From a bacterium BMS3Bbin09 (lineage in GTDB: Bacteria; Nitrospirota; Thermodesulfovibrionia; UBA6902): a stretch of DNA of 55,093 nucleotides. The DNA lies in NCBI GenBank assembly GCA_002897915.1, contig BDTS01000098.1, positions 1 to 55,093 on the forward strand, written 5' to 3'. Position numbers and translations under genes: made by a program. The notes below the pieces were generated by a model. That model ran no database searches. It was not told the origin of the DNA and worked only from the letters and a program-made list of their open reading frames with translations. Positions 17,148 through 27,278 of this stretch are shown piece by piece; position 1 is the stretch's first letter, and the number at the start of each line of letters is the position of its first letter.

Positions 17148-17387
17148 ATGAAAGAGCAGTTGATAGACCTTAACGATCATATGGCAACAATTGAACAACG
17201 GGTATTAGAAGTCCTGCATAATGTGAACTGGATGCTTGAGGCACACGACAGTTCCGCGGAACTGATCGAGGTGAACGGAAACACGGTCATCATTCGCTGC
17301 ATCGGGGCCTGTGCCGATTGTGAGACCGATTGTGTCGGGGTCGCCTTCCAGGAAAGAATGCCTGATATCGAACTGATCCTTCAGTAG
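17148..17387 (+). CDS. NifU C-terminal-like Fe-S scaffold domain protein
   Basis: AELIEVNGNTVIIRCIGACADCETDCVGV resembles the NifU_C pattern (D-G-G-x-v-e-l-v...l-x-G-a-C-x-x-C). Confidence 0.55.
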   Translation: MKEQLIDLNDHMATIEQRVLEVLHNVNWMLEAHDSSAELIEVNGNTVIIRCIGACADCETDCVGVAFQERMPDIELILQ

Positions 17388-17415
17388 TATCCCCCTGATT
17401 TTTTGTCCTTGAATT

Positions 17416-18267
17416 TCAATAAAACTCTTTAAGTGTCTCTTCTATCTTCTTCTGATCAAATGAATGTCTGATTAGCGGTTCCTTGCTGATCATGGGGATG
17501 CGCTCTTCCATAATTGGACGCTGATTCTTATAGATAATACCAAGTGGGATCCTGTCTCCCCATTCAAGGGCCTTCTCGAACGCTGCCAGCCTGTCCGTTG
17601 GATCGTATCCGTCCTCTATCTGATAGACTCTCTCTTTGTACCAGCTGAATGTGTTTACCTTATTGAAGGTAACGCAGGGCTGCAGTATATCGACAAGCGC
17701 AAAGCCTTTATGTTCCGCTGCCTCCTTTATGATCCCTTTTAGATGTTCCTGGTCACCAGAGAAGGCACGTGCCACAAAGCTGCAGTCGAGGGCCACCGCC
17801 AGTGCCATAGGGTTCATCTGTTCAGAAAGGACCCCGAACGGATGTATCTTGAATTTTATACCTTCCATACTCGTTGGTGAAGGCTGGCCTTTGGTGAGGC
17901 CGTATATCTGGTTGTCATGCACAAAGAGCTTTATGTCCAGGTTCCTCCTGATATTGTGAAGCAGGTGGTTGCCGCCCTCACCGTAGCAGTCACCGTCCCC
18001 TGTTGTCACAAAGACCTTCATTTTGTGGTTAGCCAGCTTTATCCCGGCCGCAACAGGCAATGCCCTTCCATGCAGTCCGTTAAAGGTATTGCACCTGATA
18101 TAGTGTGGAAATTTAGCGGCCTGGCCTATACCCGAGACAACAGTTAACTGATGAGGTTCGAGATCCATTTCGACCATCGCTTCCTTAAATGTATCCAGGA
18201 TACTGAAGTTTCCGCAGCCGGGGCACCAGGCAGGGTCTATCCCCTTATAATCATCCAATGATGGCAT
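17416..18267 (-). CDS. korB: 2-oxoacid:ferredoxin oxidoreductase beta (TPP-binding) subunit
   Basis: WCPGCGNFSIL N-terminal motif and GDGDCYGEGGNH TPP-binding motif. Confidence 0.85.
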   Translation of the reverse strand: MPSLDDYKGIDPAWCPGCGNFSILDTFKEAMVEMDLEPHQLTVVSGIGQAAKFPHYIRCNTFNGLHGRALPVAAGIKLANHKMKVFVTTGDGDCYGEGGNHLLHNIRRNLDIKLFVHDNQIYGLTKGQPSPTSMEGIKFKIHPFGVLSEQMNPMALAVALDCSFVARAFSGDQEHLKGIIKEAAEHKGFALVDILQPCVTFNKVNTFSWYKERVYQIEDGYDPTDRLAAFEKALEWGDRIPLGIIYKNQRPIMEERIPMISKEPLIRHSFDQKKIEETLKEFY

Positions 18268-19969
18268 TTATCTCTCCAATCAGGCTCTCAAGCGTAAAGG
18301 GCCGTCCGTCATACTTATTTATCCTGTTGCTGAACTCAAAACCAGTCCAGGTCCTTATGAGCCGGGCGAACTGTGATGTCGCATTGTTCTCTATGCAGAT
18401 GGTCATCTCGGCGCGTTTTAATATATCGAGATAATTAAACTTCTCTATTTCAGGAAGCGGATACATCTCACTGAAGTGAAGCATAGAGATATTCAGGTCC
18501 TTAGAAAGAACGTCCACTGCTTCTTTGAGCAGTCCATATGTCGAGCCCCATCCAATGATCACGATATCCGGTGTGTCGCTGCCGTAAAAAGCCGGGGGAG
18601 CGATATCCTTTTTTATGGCGGGAAGCTTATTGAACAGCCTCTTATCGATCATCTTTATCCTTGTTTCCGAGTCCTCGATCATGTGACCCTCTTCATCATG
18701 TTCGTCGCTGTCAGTAACAACAAGGTGTCTCGATTCACCCGGAATAGCCATAGGGTAAACCCCGATCTCGGTACATGTGTGCCGGTTGTATATGCCCTGT
18801 TCTTTAAGAGCATCTCCCCTGAGTCTCCGGTCTGTATATTTGAGCTTGTCTGTATCAAATTTGTCGAATGTCCATTGTGAATCCGCGAGATACTGGTCCG
18901 TAAGGATAATGACCGGGACCTGATATTTCTCGGCCATTTCGAATGCCCTGTTTGTGAGATGAAAAGCCTGCTCCGGTGTGCCCGGCGCTAATATGATTCT
19001 CGGGAACTCTCCATGGGCGGAATAGAGTGCAAACTCGAGATCACCCTGCTCTGTCCTTGTCGGTAACCCGGTAGCTGGGCCCGGCCTCTGGGCGAGCGCT
19101 ATCACAACAGGGGTTTCGGTCATAGCTGCAAGCGAGATACCCTCGACCATCAGGGCAAATCCCCCGCCCGAAGTCCCTGTCATCGCCCTTACACCGGCAA
19201 AAGATGCCCCGATTGCCATATTGACCGCTGCTATCTCATCTTCCGCCTGTTCAACAATGATGCCGTATTCTTCTTCCTTTCCGGCTATGTAGTTCATTAT
19301 CCCGGTTGAAGGAGTCATTGGATAGGCGGAATAGAATTTGAGTCCCGAAGCTATTGCGCCGAGGCCTATTGCATCATTGCCAGCTATCAGCATTTTGGGT
19401 CCTGAAACGGGTGCCAGGTCAAAAGAGCACTTCCAGCAGTTTCCAACGGCATAGGAGTGCCCGGCCTTCGCAGCATCAATATTCCCCTGTACTATTTCAT
19501 CGCCTTTTTTGCTGAATGTATGCTTGAGAATATCAAGAAATATATCTGTATCCATCCTGATCGATCCGAGGACCGCACCGGTCGCAACAGTATTTGCCAT
19601 TATTTTATTGCCGCCGTGCTCTACGGCAAGGTCCGAAAATGGGACATCCAGAAAATTCGGGTCCTCATGTTTCTGCCGGAGGGTCTTTGAGTCATAAATA
19701 ACGAGGCCGTTTTCAGTGAGGCCGGAAAGGTAACGGTCGATACCGGCGCTGTCCATTGCCACAAGGAGATCGATCCCGTCCCTTGAGGACATTACAGGAG
19801 CGTCTGAAAACCTGATCTGATAAAAGTTGTGTCCGCCCCTTACGCGGGATTCATAGTCCTGGTGGGTGAATACATGGTATCCAGAGCGTGCAAAGACTTT
19901 TGCGAGAGAACCGCCTATTGTCTGAATGCCCTGCCCTGCCTCACCGGTTATTCTGATTGAATAATCCAT
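18251..19969 (-). CDS. korA: 2-oxoacid:ferredoxin oxidoreductase alpha subunit with fused N-terminal gamma domain
   Basis: The gamma-type ITGEAGQGIQTIG...RVRGGHN region is followed by the alpha-domain SAYPMTPST and GASFAGVRAMTGTSGGGFALM. Confidence 0.85.
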   Translation of the reverse strand: MDYSIRITGEAGQGIQTIGGSLAKVFARSGYHVFTHQDYESRVRGGHNFYQIRFSDAPVMSSRDGIDLLVAMDSAGIDRYLSGLTENGLVIYDSKTLRQKHEDPNFLDVPFSDLAVEHGGNKIMANTVATGAVLGSIRMDTDIFLDILKHTFSKKGDEIVQGNIDAAKAGHSYAVGNCWKCSFDLAPVSGPKMLIAGNDAIGLGAIASGLKFYSAYPMTPSTGIMNYIAGKEEEYGIIVEQAEDEIAAVNMAIGASFAGVRAMTGTSGGGFALMVEGISLAAMTETPVVIALAQRPGPATGLPTRTEQGDLEFALYSAHGEFPRIILAPGTPEQAFHLTNRAFEMAEKYQVPVIILTDQYLADSQWTFDKFDTDKLKYTDRRLRGDALKEQGIYNRHTCTEIGVYPMAIPGESRHLVVTDSDEHDEEGHMIEDSETRIKMIDKRLFNKLPAIKKDIAPPAFYGSDTPDIVIIGWGSTYGLLKEAVDVLSKDLNISMLHFSEMYPLPEIEKFNYLDILKRAEMTICIENNATSQFARLIRTWTGFEFSNRINKYDGRPFTLESLIGEINAIIG

Positions 19970-19999
19970 TGATTAGGTCGGAAATCAAATTGCAAAAGG

Positions 20000-20476
20000 T
20001 TAAACTTTAAGTTTCTTTCTGTAATCGCTTAGCCAGACTATATGGCCCTTCTCTTCGTTGATAAGATTATAAACGGCTTCCTTGTCATCGACAATATCTC
20101 TTAACTCAATATAGAAAAGGAGTGTTACTTTCTCGAATGTGATGGCATAATTTATGACATCATCTGCTGTTTTCAGGTGTTCGAAGTTCGGAAGCACCTT
20201 TCCATCGCCGAGGAAGAATTCGGATTCAACAATGGCCCTCAGATATTTAGCGGCCTCTCCCCAGTTCTCGGGCATCTGATAGGATGAGCCCATTTTTTCC
20301 ATGATCGAATGGAATATATTTTCGTGTTCTCTCTCTTGTTCGGCCAGCATTTCAAAAAGTTTCCTGAACTCTTCATTCTCTCCGAACCTTGCCGCCATGT
20401 TTGTGTAGAACTCCGCCCCGAGCTTTTCAGTCTGAACAGCCATCTCAAGCACTTCCTTTACGGAAAAAACAGTCAT
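20000..20476 (-). CDS. Rubrerythrin/ferritin-like diiron four-helix-bundle protein
   Basis: Paired E...ExxH motifs (EKLGAEFY / EQEREH; FEKVTLLFY / EEKGH). AAGGGGG SD before the ATG at 20476. Confidence 0.7.
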   Translation of the reverse strand: MTVFSVKEVLEMAVQTEKLGAEFYTNMAARFGENEEFRKLFEMLAEQEREHENIFHSIMEKMGSSYQMPENWGEAAKYLRAIVESEFFLGDGKVLPNFEHLKTADDVINYAITFEKVTLLFYIELRDIVDDKEAVYNLINEEKGHIVWLSDYRKKLKV

Positions 20477-20541
20477 GATACCCCCTTGGATAAATTTATT
20501 AATTATCTCGATCATTATACAAAGATTTTGTAAAAGAGTGT

Positions 20542-20823
20542 CTACTTGCCGTAGTTATCCGTAAGATGTCTGATTATGATCCTGGCTTCTTCGTCAGTTA
20601 TAGGTGCGCCGTTGCTCTTCATCCTCATTACAGTCGCTCTCCAGGCCTTCTCTGATTTCCTCTTTGATCTGGAGCGTTCTATGACATGACAGATGCTGCA
20701 TTTCTTTTCGTAGAGTCCAGCGGGGTCAGGAGACTCTGGACCGCCCGCAAGGACAACTCCGTAAGAAGATCCAATGATCACGGTTGAGATCATTAATGAT
20801 AAGATCAGTTTTAAAGTCCCCAT
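20542..20823 (-). CDS. Exported monohaem c-type cytochrome
   Basis: Signal peptide MGTLKLILSLMISTVIIGSSYGVVLAGG and a single CSICH haem motif followed by the R...W..TV.RM pattern. AAGGAG lies 6 nt before the ATG at 20823. Confidence 0.6.
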   Translation of the reverse strand: MGTLKLILSLMISTVIIGSSYGVVLAGGPESPDPAGLYEKKCSICHVIERSRSKRKSEKAWRATVMRMKSNGAPITDEEARIIIRHLTDNYGK

Positions 20824-20840
20824 ATACTCTCCTTTATATT

Positions 20841-21326
20841 TCATCCTTCTACTATACTGTGCTCTTCCCACATAAACCAATTTCCCGTGTCACTGATGAA
20901 ACTGTATGTGTTTGCGAATATCTCGTAATGTTCTCCTTCTTCTTTAATGAGCTTTTCTATAAGCGCCTTTTCTTCTTCACTCGCTGCCTCAATAAGCAGT
21001 TTTCTGTAAAACTCGATCCCTTCCTTCTCCATCCGCATAGCGATCCTGAAGGCCTCAAACTCATCGTCCGTTACCGCTACCCTCTCCATCATCTGGTCCT
21101 TCATCTCTTCAAAAACTGTTTTGATATTTTCGAAAGGATGCGCGTCTTCCATATTTACAGTGGAATTTGCGATCAGCTTATCTATCATTTCGAGGTGGCG
21201 CTTTTCATCAACTATTATCACCTCAAACATTTTCTTACCTGCCGGATATCTTGTTTTTGCTGCAGCCTCTGTATAAAAGTCTATGGCGTCTGTCTCCATC
21301 TTCCTTGCGATCTCTATTGATCTCAT
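20841..21326 (-). CDS. Rubrerythrin/ferritin-like diiron protein
   Basis: METDAIDFY...DEKRH and MEKEGIEFY...EEGEH motif pairs. AAGGGGGA SD before the ATG at 21326. Confidence 0.7.
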   Translation of the reverse strand: MRSIEIARKMETDAIDFYTEAAAKTRYPAGKKMFEVIIVDEKRHLEMIDKLIANSTVNMEDAHPFENIKTVFEEMKDQMMERVAVTDDEFEAFRIAMRMEKEGIEFYRKLLIEAASEEEKALIEKLIKEEGEHYEIFANTYSFISDTGNWFMWEEHSIVEG

Positions 21327-21546
21327 AAATACCGTCCCCCTTCCATTTGCTTGATTCGTATTCTGATCAATTATATAACAATCCATTCAGTTGTATCTAT
21401 GATGCAGATCATAAATACAGCGGTCGTTACTAATCGAAATTGTATCAGATCCACAGAGATTGTCAATTAAAATAGGTTGTTTTAACTAAATTTTGATATA
21501 TTAATATGTATCAGCTTAGTTAATATTTGACCTGAATAACCCAATT

Positions 21547-23433
21547 ATGAATCGTAACGATGATCAAATGAAGAACATAGGCGGCATACTGAAAAAATAT
21601 CAGTCGCAGCTGTTTATCGCTTCTCTCTTTCTGCTTGTTTTTGTCCTGATGTGGGATATGGGTAAGAGCCAGAACCAGCCTCAAAAGTATGAGATTGGTT
21701 ACAGCCAGTTCATGGAGCAGCTTGAGCTCGGCAATGTCATCTCTGTCACACTGAAAGCACTCCACCTGACCGGCGAACTCAAGAAAGATACCAGCATCTA
21801 TATTGACCAGTATAAAACAACTCGGCCCGTCACATTTTTCAAGACCTACCTGCCTTCTTTCCAGGGCGAAGAACTAATTAAGGAACTCAAAGACAAGGGT
21901 GTTATGATCAATGTTGAGTCTACCGAGTCCATGTCGCCTTTCTGGCAGGTCGTTGTCGGGATAATCCCGTGGGTGCTCATAATCGGGGTCTGGATATTGA
22001 TAATGAGGGGCGCGCAAAAGGTCCAGGGCGGACCTGGCGGTCTCTTTTCGTTCGGGTCAAGCAAGGCAAAGCTCAAGGACGTCAAGAAACCCTCGATCAC
22101 CTTTAATGATGTAGCTGGAATGGAGAACGTGAAAAAGGATCTGCGTGAGACCATAGAATTCCTGAAGGACCCTGCAAGGTTCTCGGTGCTCGGTGCAAAG
22201 GTCCCCAGAGGTATCCTCCTTTTCGGTGCTCCGGGAACAGGTAAGACGCTCCTTGCGCGTGCTGTCGCGGGTGAGGCTAATGTCCCGTTTTACAGCATCA
22301 GCGCGTCTGAGTTCATAGAGATGTTTGTGGGAGTCGGGGCGTCACGTGTAAGGGACATGTTTCTGAAGGCCAGAGAGACCCAGCCCAGCATAATATTTAT
22401 TGATGAGATAGATTCTATCGGGCGTACACGCGGCGCGGGGCTCGGCAGCGGCCATGATGAGAGGGAGCAGACCCTCAACCAGCTTTTAAGCGAACTGGAC
22501 GGGTTCGAATCGCATGAGGAAATAATAGTTATAGCCGCGACGAACAGGCCGGATGTGCTCGATCCCGCGCTCTTGAGGCCCGGAAGGTTCGACCGTCATA
22601 TTGTTATTGACAGGCCCGGATGGAAGGACCGTAAGGCCATACTCGAGGTCCATGCGAGGGGCAAGAAGATCTCCTCTGCCATCAACTTTGAAGAACTGGC
22701 AAAGGGGACACCGGGAATGACAGGTGCGGACCTTGAAAACCTCGCGAATGAGGCAGCGCTGGTAGCCACCAAAGAGAATAAGACCGAAATTGATAAACAG
22801 GACTTTGAAGAGGCAAGGGACAAGATATTCATGGGCGCTGTCAGGGAAGAGACCATCAGTGATATAGAAAAGAAGATCACGGCCTATCATGAGGCCGGAC
22901 ACGCACTTACTGCCCATGAACTACCCGGCACGGACCCGCTTTACAAAGTAAGCATAATCCCGAGAGGTATGGCCATGGGAGTGACCATGCAGTTACCTGA
23001 AGAGGACAGGCACTTTTATCCTAAGAAATATCTGATGAACAAGTTGTGCGTTGCACTTGCAGGCAGGGCCGCTGAAAAGATCATCTTTGATGATGTAAGC
23101 ACCGGGGCGGAGAGCGACCTCAAAAGTGCCTCTTCCCTTGCTGAGAAGATGGTTGCCCAGTGGGGAATGAGTGATGAGGTCGGGCCACTGAGCCTTGGGC
23201 GCGGGGAGGAACATCCGTTCCTCGGGAGAGAACTCTCCCTGCCAAAGCGTTACAGTGACGAGATGGCATGGCTAATGGACAAAGAGATACAGAAACTGAT
23301 AATTGAAGCCGAGGACAGGGCCGAATCGATCCTGAAAGACAAGAGAGATATCCTGGACAGACTGGCTGAAGAGCTCCTCAAGGAAGAGATACTCGAAAAA
23401 GCAGATATTGACCGGATAATAGATGGATCGTAA
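21547..23433 (+). CDS. ftsH: ATP-dependent zinc metalloprotease FtsH
   Basis: Walker [19 protein letters not shown] zinc motif, two N-terminal TM segments. Confidence 0.95.
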   Translation: MNRNDDQMKNIGGILKKYQSQLFIASLFLLVFVLMWDMGKSQNQPQKYEIGYSQFMEQLELGNVISVTLKALHLTGELKKDTSIYIDQYKTTRPVTFFKTYLPSFQGEELIKELKDKGVMINVESTESMSPFWQVVVGIIPWVLIIGVWILIMRGAQKVQGGPGGLFSFGSSKAKLKDVKKPSITFNDVAGMENVKKDLRETIEFLKDPARFSVLGAKVPRGILLFGAPGTGKTLLARAVAGEANVPFYSISASEFIEMFVGVGASRVRDMFLKARETQPSIIFIDEIDSIGRTRGAGLGSGHDEREQTLNQLLSELDGFESHEEIIVIAATNRPDVLDPALLRPGRFDRHIVIDRPGWKDRKAILEVHARGKKISSAINFEELAKGTPGMTGADLENLANEAALVATKENKTEIDKQDFEEARDKIFMGAVREETISDIEKKITAYHEAGHALTAHELPGTDPLYKVSIIPRGMAMGVTMQLPEEDRHFYPKKYLMNKLCVALAGRAAEKIIFDDVSTGAESDLKSASSLAEKMVAQWGMSDEVGPLSLGRGEEHPFLGRELSLPKRYSDEMAWLMDKEIQKLIIEAEDRAESILKDKRDILDRLAEELLKEEILEKADIDRIIDGS

Positions 23434-23480
23434 GACTATCTTTGAGTCATGCCTGTCTGATTTTTACCTATGTCGGAACC

Positions 23481-23801
23481 TTAAGCAATGGCCCTGATGA
23501 ATTTCTTGTATTCCTGCGGGGGCGATATGACCTCGAGACCGACACTGCTTGACTGGTCCTTGGACGGATCGTCATAAGACCACTTTACATTGCAGTTCAG
23601 ATTAATTGTGTCACCTGTTGAAAGCTCAAGCTCGAGATCGAGGTCCTTGCCAGGGGCAAATTCATTTTCCTTGTGGGGGACGGTGATCATTTTGATGCCG
23701 GTTTCTGAAAGATTCTCAATAAATACGGAACATTTCCCGGTACAAGAAAGACGTTCTGCTTTTAATTTGATCGTTTTTCTATTGGCGTGTCTTCTTTCCA
23801 T
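23481..23801 (-). CDS. PilZ domain protein
   Basis: RRHANR...(D/E)xSxxG-type motif (IENLSETGIKM) typical of c-di-GMP-binding PilZ. Confidence 0.65.
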   Translation of the reverse strand: MERRHANRKTIKLKAERLSCTGKCSVFIENLSETGIKMITVPHKENEFAPGKDLDLELELSTGDTINLNCNVKWSYDDPSKDQSSSVGLEVISPPQEYKKFIRAIA

Positions 23802-23901
23802 TATTATCCCGCCTTTCAAAGGAAATTTAAAAAACCATTATATATTAATAGGTTAATAAAAATAACCTGAATTGTCAAGATTAATTTCAGGAAGAAAACA
23901 G

Positions 23902-25731
23902 CTAAAGCAGTGACCTGACCTTTAAAGTGATCGCAGCTGCAGATATCTCTTCATAATCAAGGAGTTCAGCCGGTTTGCCGCTCCTCGGCATTTTCCTTAC
24001 AGCTAAGGAGTATACGGGTGCGACACGCGGGACTGCGCTCCTCACAGCCTCCCCGAGACCGCCCTCACTAAAGTGGTCCTCAACCGTAATCAAAACCCCT
24101 GTATCTTTCGCCGCCTTGTCAAGCGTAACCTGATCGATCGGCTTTATGCAGTAAAGGTCGATCACACGGATAAATATATCTTCTTTTTTCAGTTCCTCAT
24201 AGGCCTTAAGCGCCTCATGCAGGGTGATCCCTGCTGCTATCACTGTGATCGCATCGTTATTGCTTTCCCTTAGCACCTTGCTGCCGCCGATAACAAACTC
24301 TTCATCCGTACTGTATATTATCGGGGTCGCACCCCTTGTGGTCCTTATATATGAGATACCTTTATGACGCGCCATTTCTTCGACAAGCCTTTCAGTTGAT
24401 ATTGCGTCGGATGGATAGAGCACCACACTATCCAAAATCGCCCTGAACATTGCAATGTCTTCAAGACCCATCTGCGAAGAACCGTCCTCGCCTATGGATA
24501 CACCAGCGTGCGACCCGCAGAACTTGATATTTATGTTCGAATACTGGCACATCCTTATCTGATCGTATGCGCGGCTGAGAAACGCCGCGAATGTCGAGAC
24601 AAAAGGTATCTTACCCCTTGTCGAGAAACCCGTGGCCGTGCCAACCATATTCTGCTCTGCGATATACATCTCGAAGAAGCGTTCAGGGTATTCGTTCTTG
24701 AATATCTCTGCATATGTTGAGTTGCTGACTTCTGCGTCCAGCACCACAATGTCGGGGAATGCTGGGTATATGCGTTTAAGGGCGTTGCCGTAAGCCTTTC
24801 TTGTGGCAACATGTTCATCAGAAGAATAAGAAGGTCCTTTGATCTCCTGCGGCAGCTGCATCGTCTTTTCAGCCATTTCCGGTTTTGGTATCTCACCGCG
24901 CACTGACCTGTCTATTTCTCCGAGGTCTTCAATAGCCTTGCCGAGTTCGTCTTTACTGAGCGGTTTTCCGTGCCATCCGTCCTTGTCCTCAAAGAGCGGC
25001 ACGCCCTTGCCTTTCAATGTCTTTGCTATTATCATGACCGGCCTGTCCCTGACCTTCATGGCACCCTGGTAAGCGGAAAGTATTTCATCTATGGAATGCC
25101 CGTCGATAACAAACGTCTCCCATCCGAATGCTGAAATACGTTTTTCATAAGATGCTGTATCATGTCCGTACATTGTCTCTCCGCGCTGGCCCAAACGGTT
25201 CACGTCAATGATCCCGACCAAATTATCGAGCTTATAATGAACAGCGAGCTGTATCGCCTCCCACTGTGAACCCTCGGCCATCTCACTGTCCCCCAGAAGC
25301 ACATAGGTCCTGTAGGGGAGCTTATCGATATATTTTGCATTCAGTGCCATGCCGAGTCCCGCGGACAATCCCTGTCCGAGTGATCCTGTCGCGACCTCTG
25401 TGTATTTGAACGCCCTGGTGGGGTGGCCCTCAAGCGAGCTGCCGAACTTTCTGAGGCTCATCATCTCTTCTTCCGTGACTGCTCCGGCTGCGGCCCAAAT
25501 AGAATAAAAAAGCGGTGAGGCATGGCCTTTTGAAAATACAAGACGGTCGTTGTTCGGGTGGTCAGGGTCGTCAAGGTCGAACCTGAATATATCACCAAAG
25601 AAGAGGACAGACATCAGATCAGCTGCTGAAAGTGATGATGTCGGGTGTCCCGACCCCGCGCTTGTAGTTGATACAAGACAGAGATACCTTATTAGTTTAG
25701 ATATGCTGATGAGTTTTTCTGTATTACCCAA
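23902..25731 (-). CDS. tkt: Transketolase (short, ~610-aa type), TTG start
   Basis: GSGHPTSSLSAADL, GDSEMAEGSQWEA TPP motif, Pyr and C-terminal domains. AGGAGG lies 5 nt upstream of the TTG. Confidence 0.9.
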   Translation of the reverse strand: MGNTEKLISISKLIRYLCLVSTTSAGSGHPTSSLSAADLMSVLFFGDIFRFDLDDPDHPNNDRLVFSKGHASPLFYSIWAAAGAVTEEEMMSLRKFGSSLEGHPTRAFKYTEVATGSLGQGLSAGLGMALNAKYIDKLPYRTYVLLGDSEMAEGSQWEAIQLAVHYKLDNLVGIIDVNRLGQRGETMYGHDTASYEKRISAFGWETFVIDGHSIDEILSAYQGAMKVRDRPVMIIAKTLKGKGVPLFEDKDGWHGKPLSKDELGKAIEDLGEIDRSVRGEIPKPEMAEKTMQLPQEIKGPSYSSDEHVATRKAYGNALKRIYPAFPDIVVLDAEVSNSTYAEIFKNEYPERFFEMYIAEQNMVGTATGFSTRGKIPFVSTFAAFLSRAYDQIRMCQYSNINIKFCGSHAGVSIGEDGSSQMGLEDIAMFRAILDSVVLYPSDAISTERLVEEMARHKGISYIRTTRGATPIIYSTDEEFVIGGSKVLRESNNDAITVIAAGITLHEALKAYEELKKEDIFIRVIDLYCIKPIDQVTLDKAAKDTGVLITVEDHFSEGGLGEAVRSAVPRVAPVYSLAVRKMPRSGKPAELLDYEEISAAAITLKVRSLL

Positions 25732-25813
25732 TGGTTCCTCCTATGAATGATTTCTCTCCCATTCATTTTATCAAAAATAACATTTTAAGCAATGAATAAT
25801 TTTTTCTGCTGTT

Positions 25814-25871
25814 ATAAAGCCGAATTAAGCGGTGTGTAATCCGCTTCAATGAGACTTATGCCCGTGGTATA
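25814..25871 (+). repeat. Repeat family copy B (long form, opposite orientation to the other copies)
   Basis: ATAAAGCCGAATTAAGCGGtgtgtaatCCGCTTCAATGAGACTTATGCCCGTGGTATA. Flanks are identical to the reverse complements of copies C and D. Only the hairpin loop differs. Confidence 0.85.
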
Positions 25872-25878
25872 ATAATTC

Positions 25879-26031
25879 GTGGCCAAGAGAATAATTAAGA
25901 AAAAGACGGCAGTCAAGAAGATATCATCTGAGAAAGATATATCTGTCATCTGCATTAATAGAGACTGTAAATTAAGGAAAAAGAAAAGCTGCAAGGGCTT
26001 TGAGGGATGTCCGGGGTTTAAGGGTAGGTAA
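25879..26031 (+). CDS. Possible 50-aa basic Cys-rich protein (C-x4-C-x7-C-x5-C-P), GTG start, below ORF-track cutoff
   Basis: Hand translation: (V/M)AKRIIKKKTAVKKISSEKDISVICINRDCKLRKKKSCKGFEGCPGFKGR*. Starts 5 nt after the TGGTATAAT of repeat copy B. The antisense 60-aa ORF in the track looks like a hydrophobic shadow. Confidence 0.4.
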   Translation: MAKRIIKKKTAVKKISSEKDISVICINRDCKLRKKKSCKGFEGCPGFKGR

Positions 26032-26944
26032 TTCTCTCCATCAATTTATCCAATTCGCTTTGATCTATTCCCTTTACACCAAGGGGGCGGTTTTTACGGT
26101 CATGGCAATCTGAGCCGCCGGTTATCAGCAGATCATAACGTTTCACCCAACTTAGGAGGACATTTTCCAGTTCCTCTGTATGGCCTGGATAGTAAACCTC
26201 GAGACCGTCAATGCCCACTATGTTTTGATCAAGAAATTCGGGTAATAACTGCTCAACTATCTCAACCGGAGGATGTACCTCTTTGTAATGGCTTTCACCC
26301 GGGAATGAACCTGCGGCTGGATGAGCCAGCACCTTTATGATCGGATACTTGGCAAATAACGGTTTTAAGAGATTCATATCAATGCCTGACGGAATGTATG
26401 CCGGACTGTTATTTCCGATGAGCCTGTCTGTCTTGCTCCTATCAGTAATATTATGGTTCTTTGAGAGGGCCATGAAAAAGTGGCGGCGTGTGATGTTATC
26501 ACCCTGTGAAGTTATTTCATCTATAGAGAGCGGCCTGGACAGTAAAGGTTCGCGCCCATCAGGGCCGAACTCACTGTTGATCGCATCTATACGGTCCCTG
26601 ACAAGGGCCATCCCCCTGCCCTGGCTGACGATGTTCTTAAGATCGTCCCTGAAGCCTGTATCTTTCAGGAGAGATTCAGAAAAATATAGAAGCAGGTGGA
26701 GCGTGCCCACAAAGAACGGCCGCCTGAATCTTAATGAGACTTCCACTCCGGGAATGACGGTAATTATTGATCGTTGCGCGGTCTCAATAGCCTCATCCAG
26801 ACCCGCAATACTATCGTGATCCGTAAGTGCTATTGCCTTGAGGCCCAACTTATTTGCTGCCATGACCAGTTCAGAGGGAGTGTACTCACCGTCTGATTCA
26901 GTGCTGTGGTTGTGCAGGTCAGCTATTATCTTTTGTGATCTCAT
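26018..26944 (-). CDS. PHP-domain metal-dependent phosphoesterase (TrpH/YciV-like)
   Basis: ADLHNHSTESDG and ALTDHDS PHP motifs, GGSDCHD near the C-terminus. Confidence 0.8.
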   Translation of the reverse strand: MRSQKIIADLHNHSTESDGEYTPSELVMAANKLGLKAIALTDHDSIAGLDEAIETAQRSIITVIPGVEVSLRFRRPFFVGTLHLLLYFSESLLKDTGFRDDLKNIVSQGRGMALVRDRIDAINSEFGPDGREPLLSRPLSIDEITSQGDNITRRHFFMALSKNHNITDRSKTDRLIGNNSPAYIPSGIDMNLLKPLFAKYPIIKVLAHPAAGSFPGESHYKEVHPPVEIVEQLLPEFLDQNIVGIDGLEVYYPGHTEELENVLLSWVKRYDLLITGGSDCHDRKNRPLGVKGIDQSELDKLMERITYP

Positions 26945-26978
26945 TTAAATATAATGCATCATTTTGTATTATTAAGTT

Positions 26979-27257
26979 TTAAAACCAGAACCGATACAAT
27001 ATCAGCCACATAAGACAACCTGAAAAGGCCAGTGCCTTTTCGACGTTATTCAGGCGTTCGGTCGTGATTATAAAATAAAGACTGAGCGGTGACGTCATAA
27101 AACACGCGGTCAGGTAGATCCATTTGGGGACGCTCTCTTTTTTGGGTGCATCAGGGAACATAGAGCAGAACGGGCATTCGATATCGCCCTCGAGCCTGTG
27201 ACCGCACCGTGCGCAGCGTGTTATCCCGAGTATCTCGTCTGTCTCTTCCTGTTTCAT
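26979..27257 (-). CDS. Zinc-ribbon membrane protein, function unknown
   Basis: CARCGH...CPFC ribbon followed by two hydrophobic segments. Confidence 0.45.
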   Translation of the reverse strand: MKQEETDEILGITRCARCGHRLEGDIECPFCSMFPDAPKKESVPKWIYLTACFMTSPLSLYFIITTERLNNVEKALAFSGCLMWLILYRFWF

Positions 27258-27278
27258 TATTTAATATCAGTCAAAAGT

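Noticed and set aside
25812-25994. 60-aa minus-strand ORF between tkt and the PHP gene.
   Set aside because: It is hydrophobic and low-complexity, starts inside repeat copy B and has no SD. The opposite-strand Cys-rich frame looks more protein-like, though it is also unproven.
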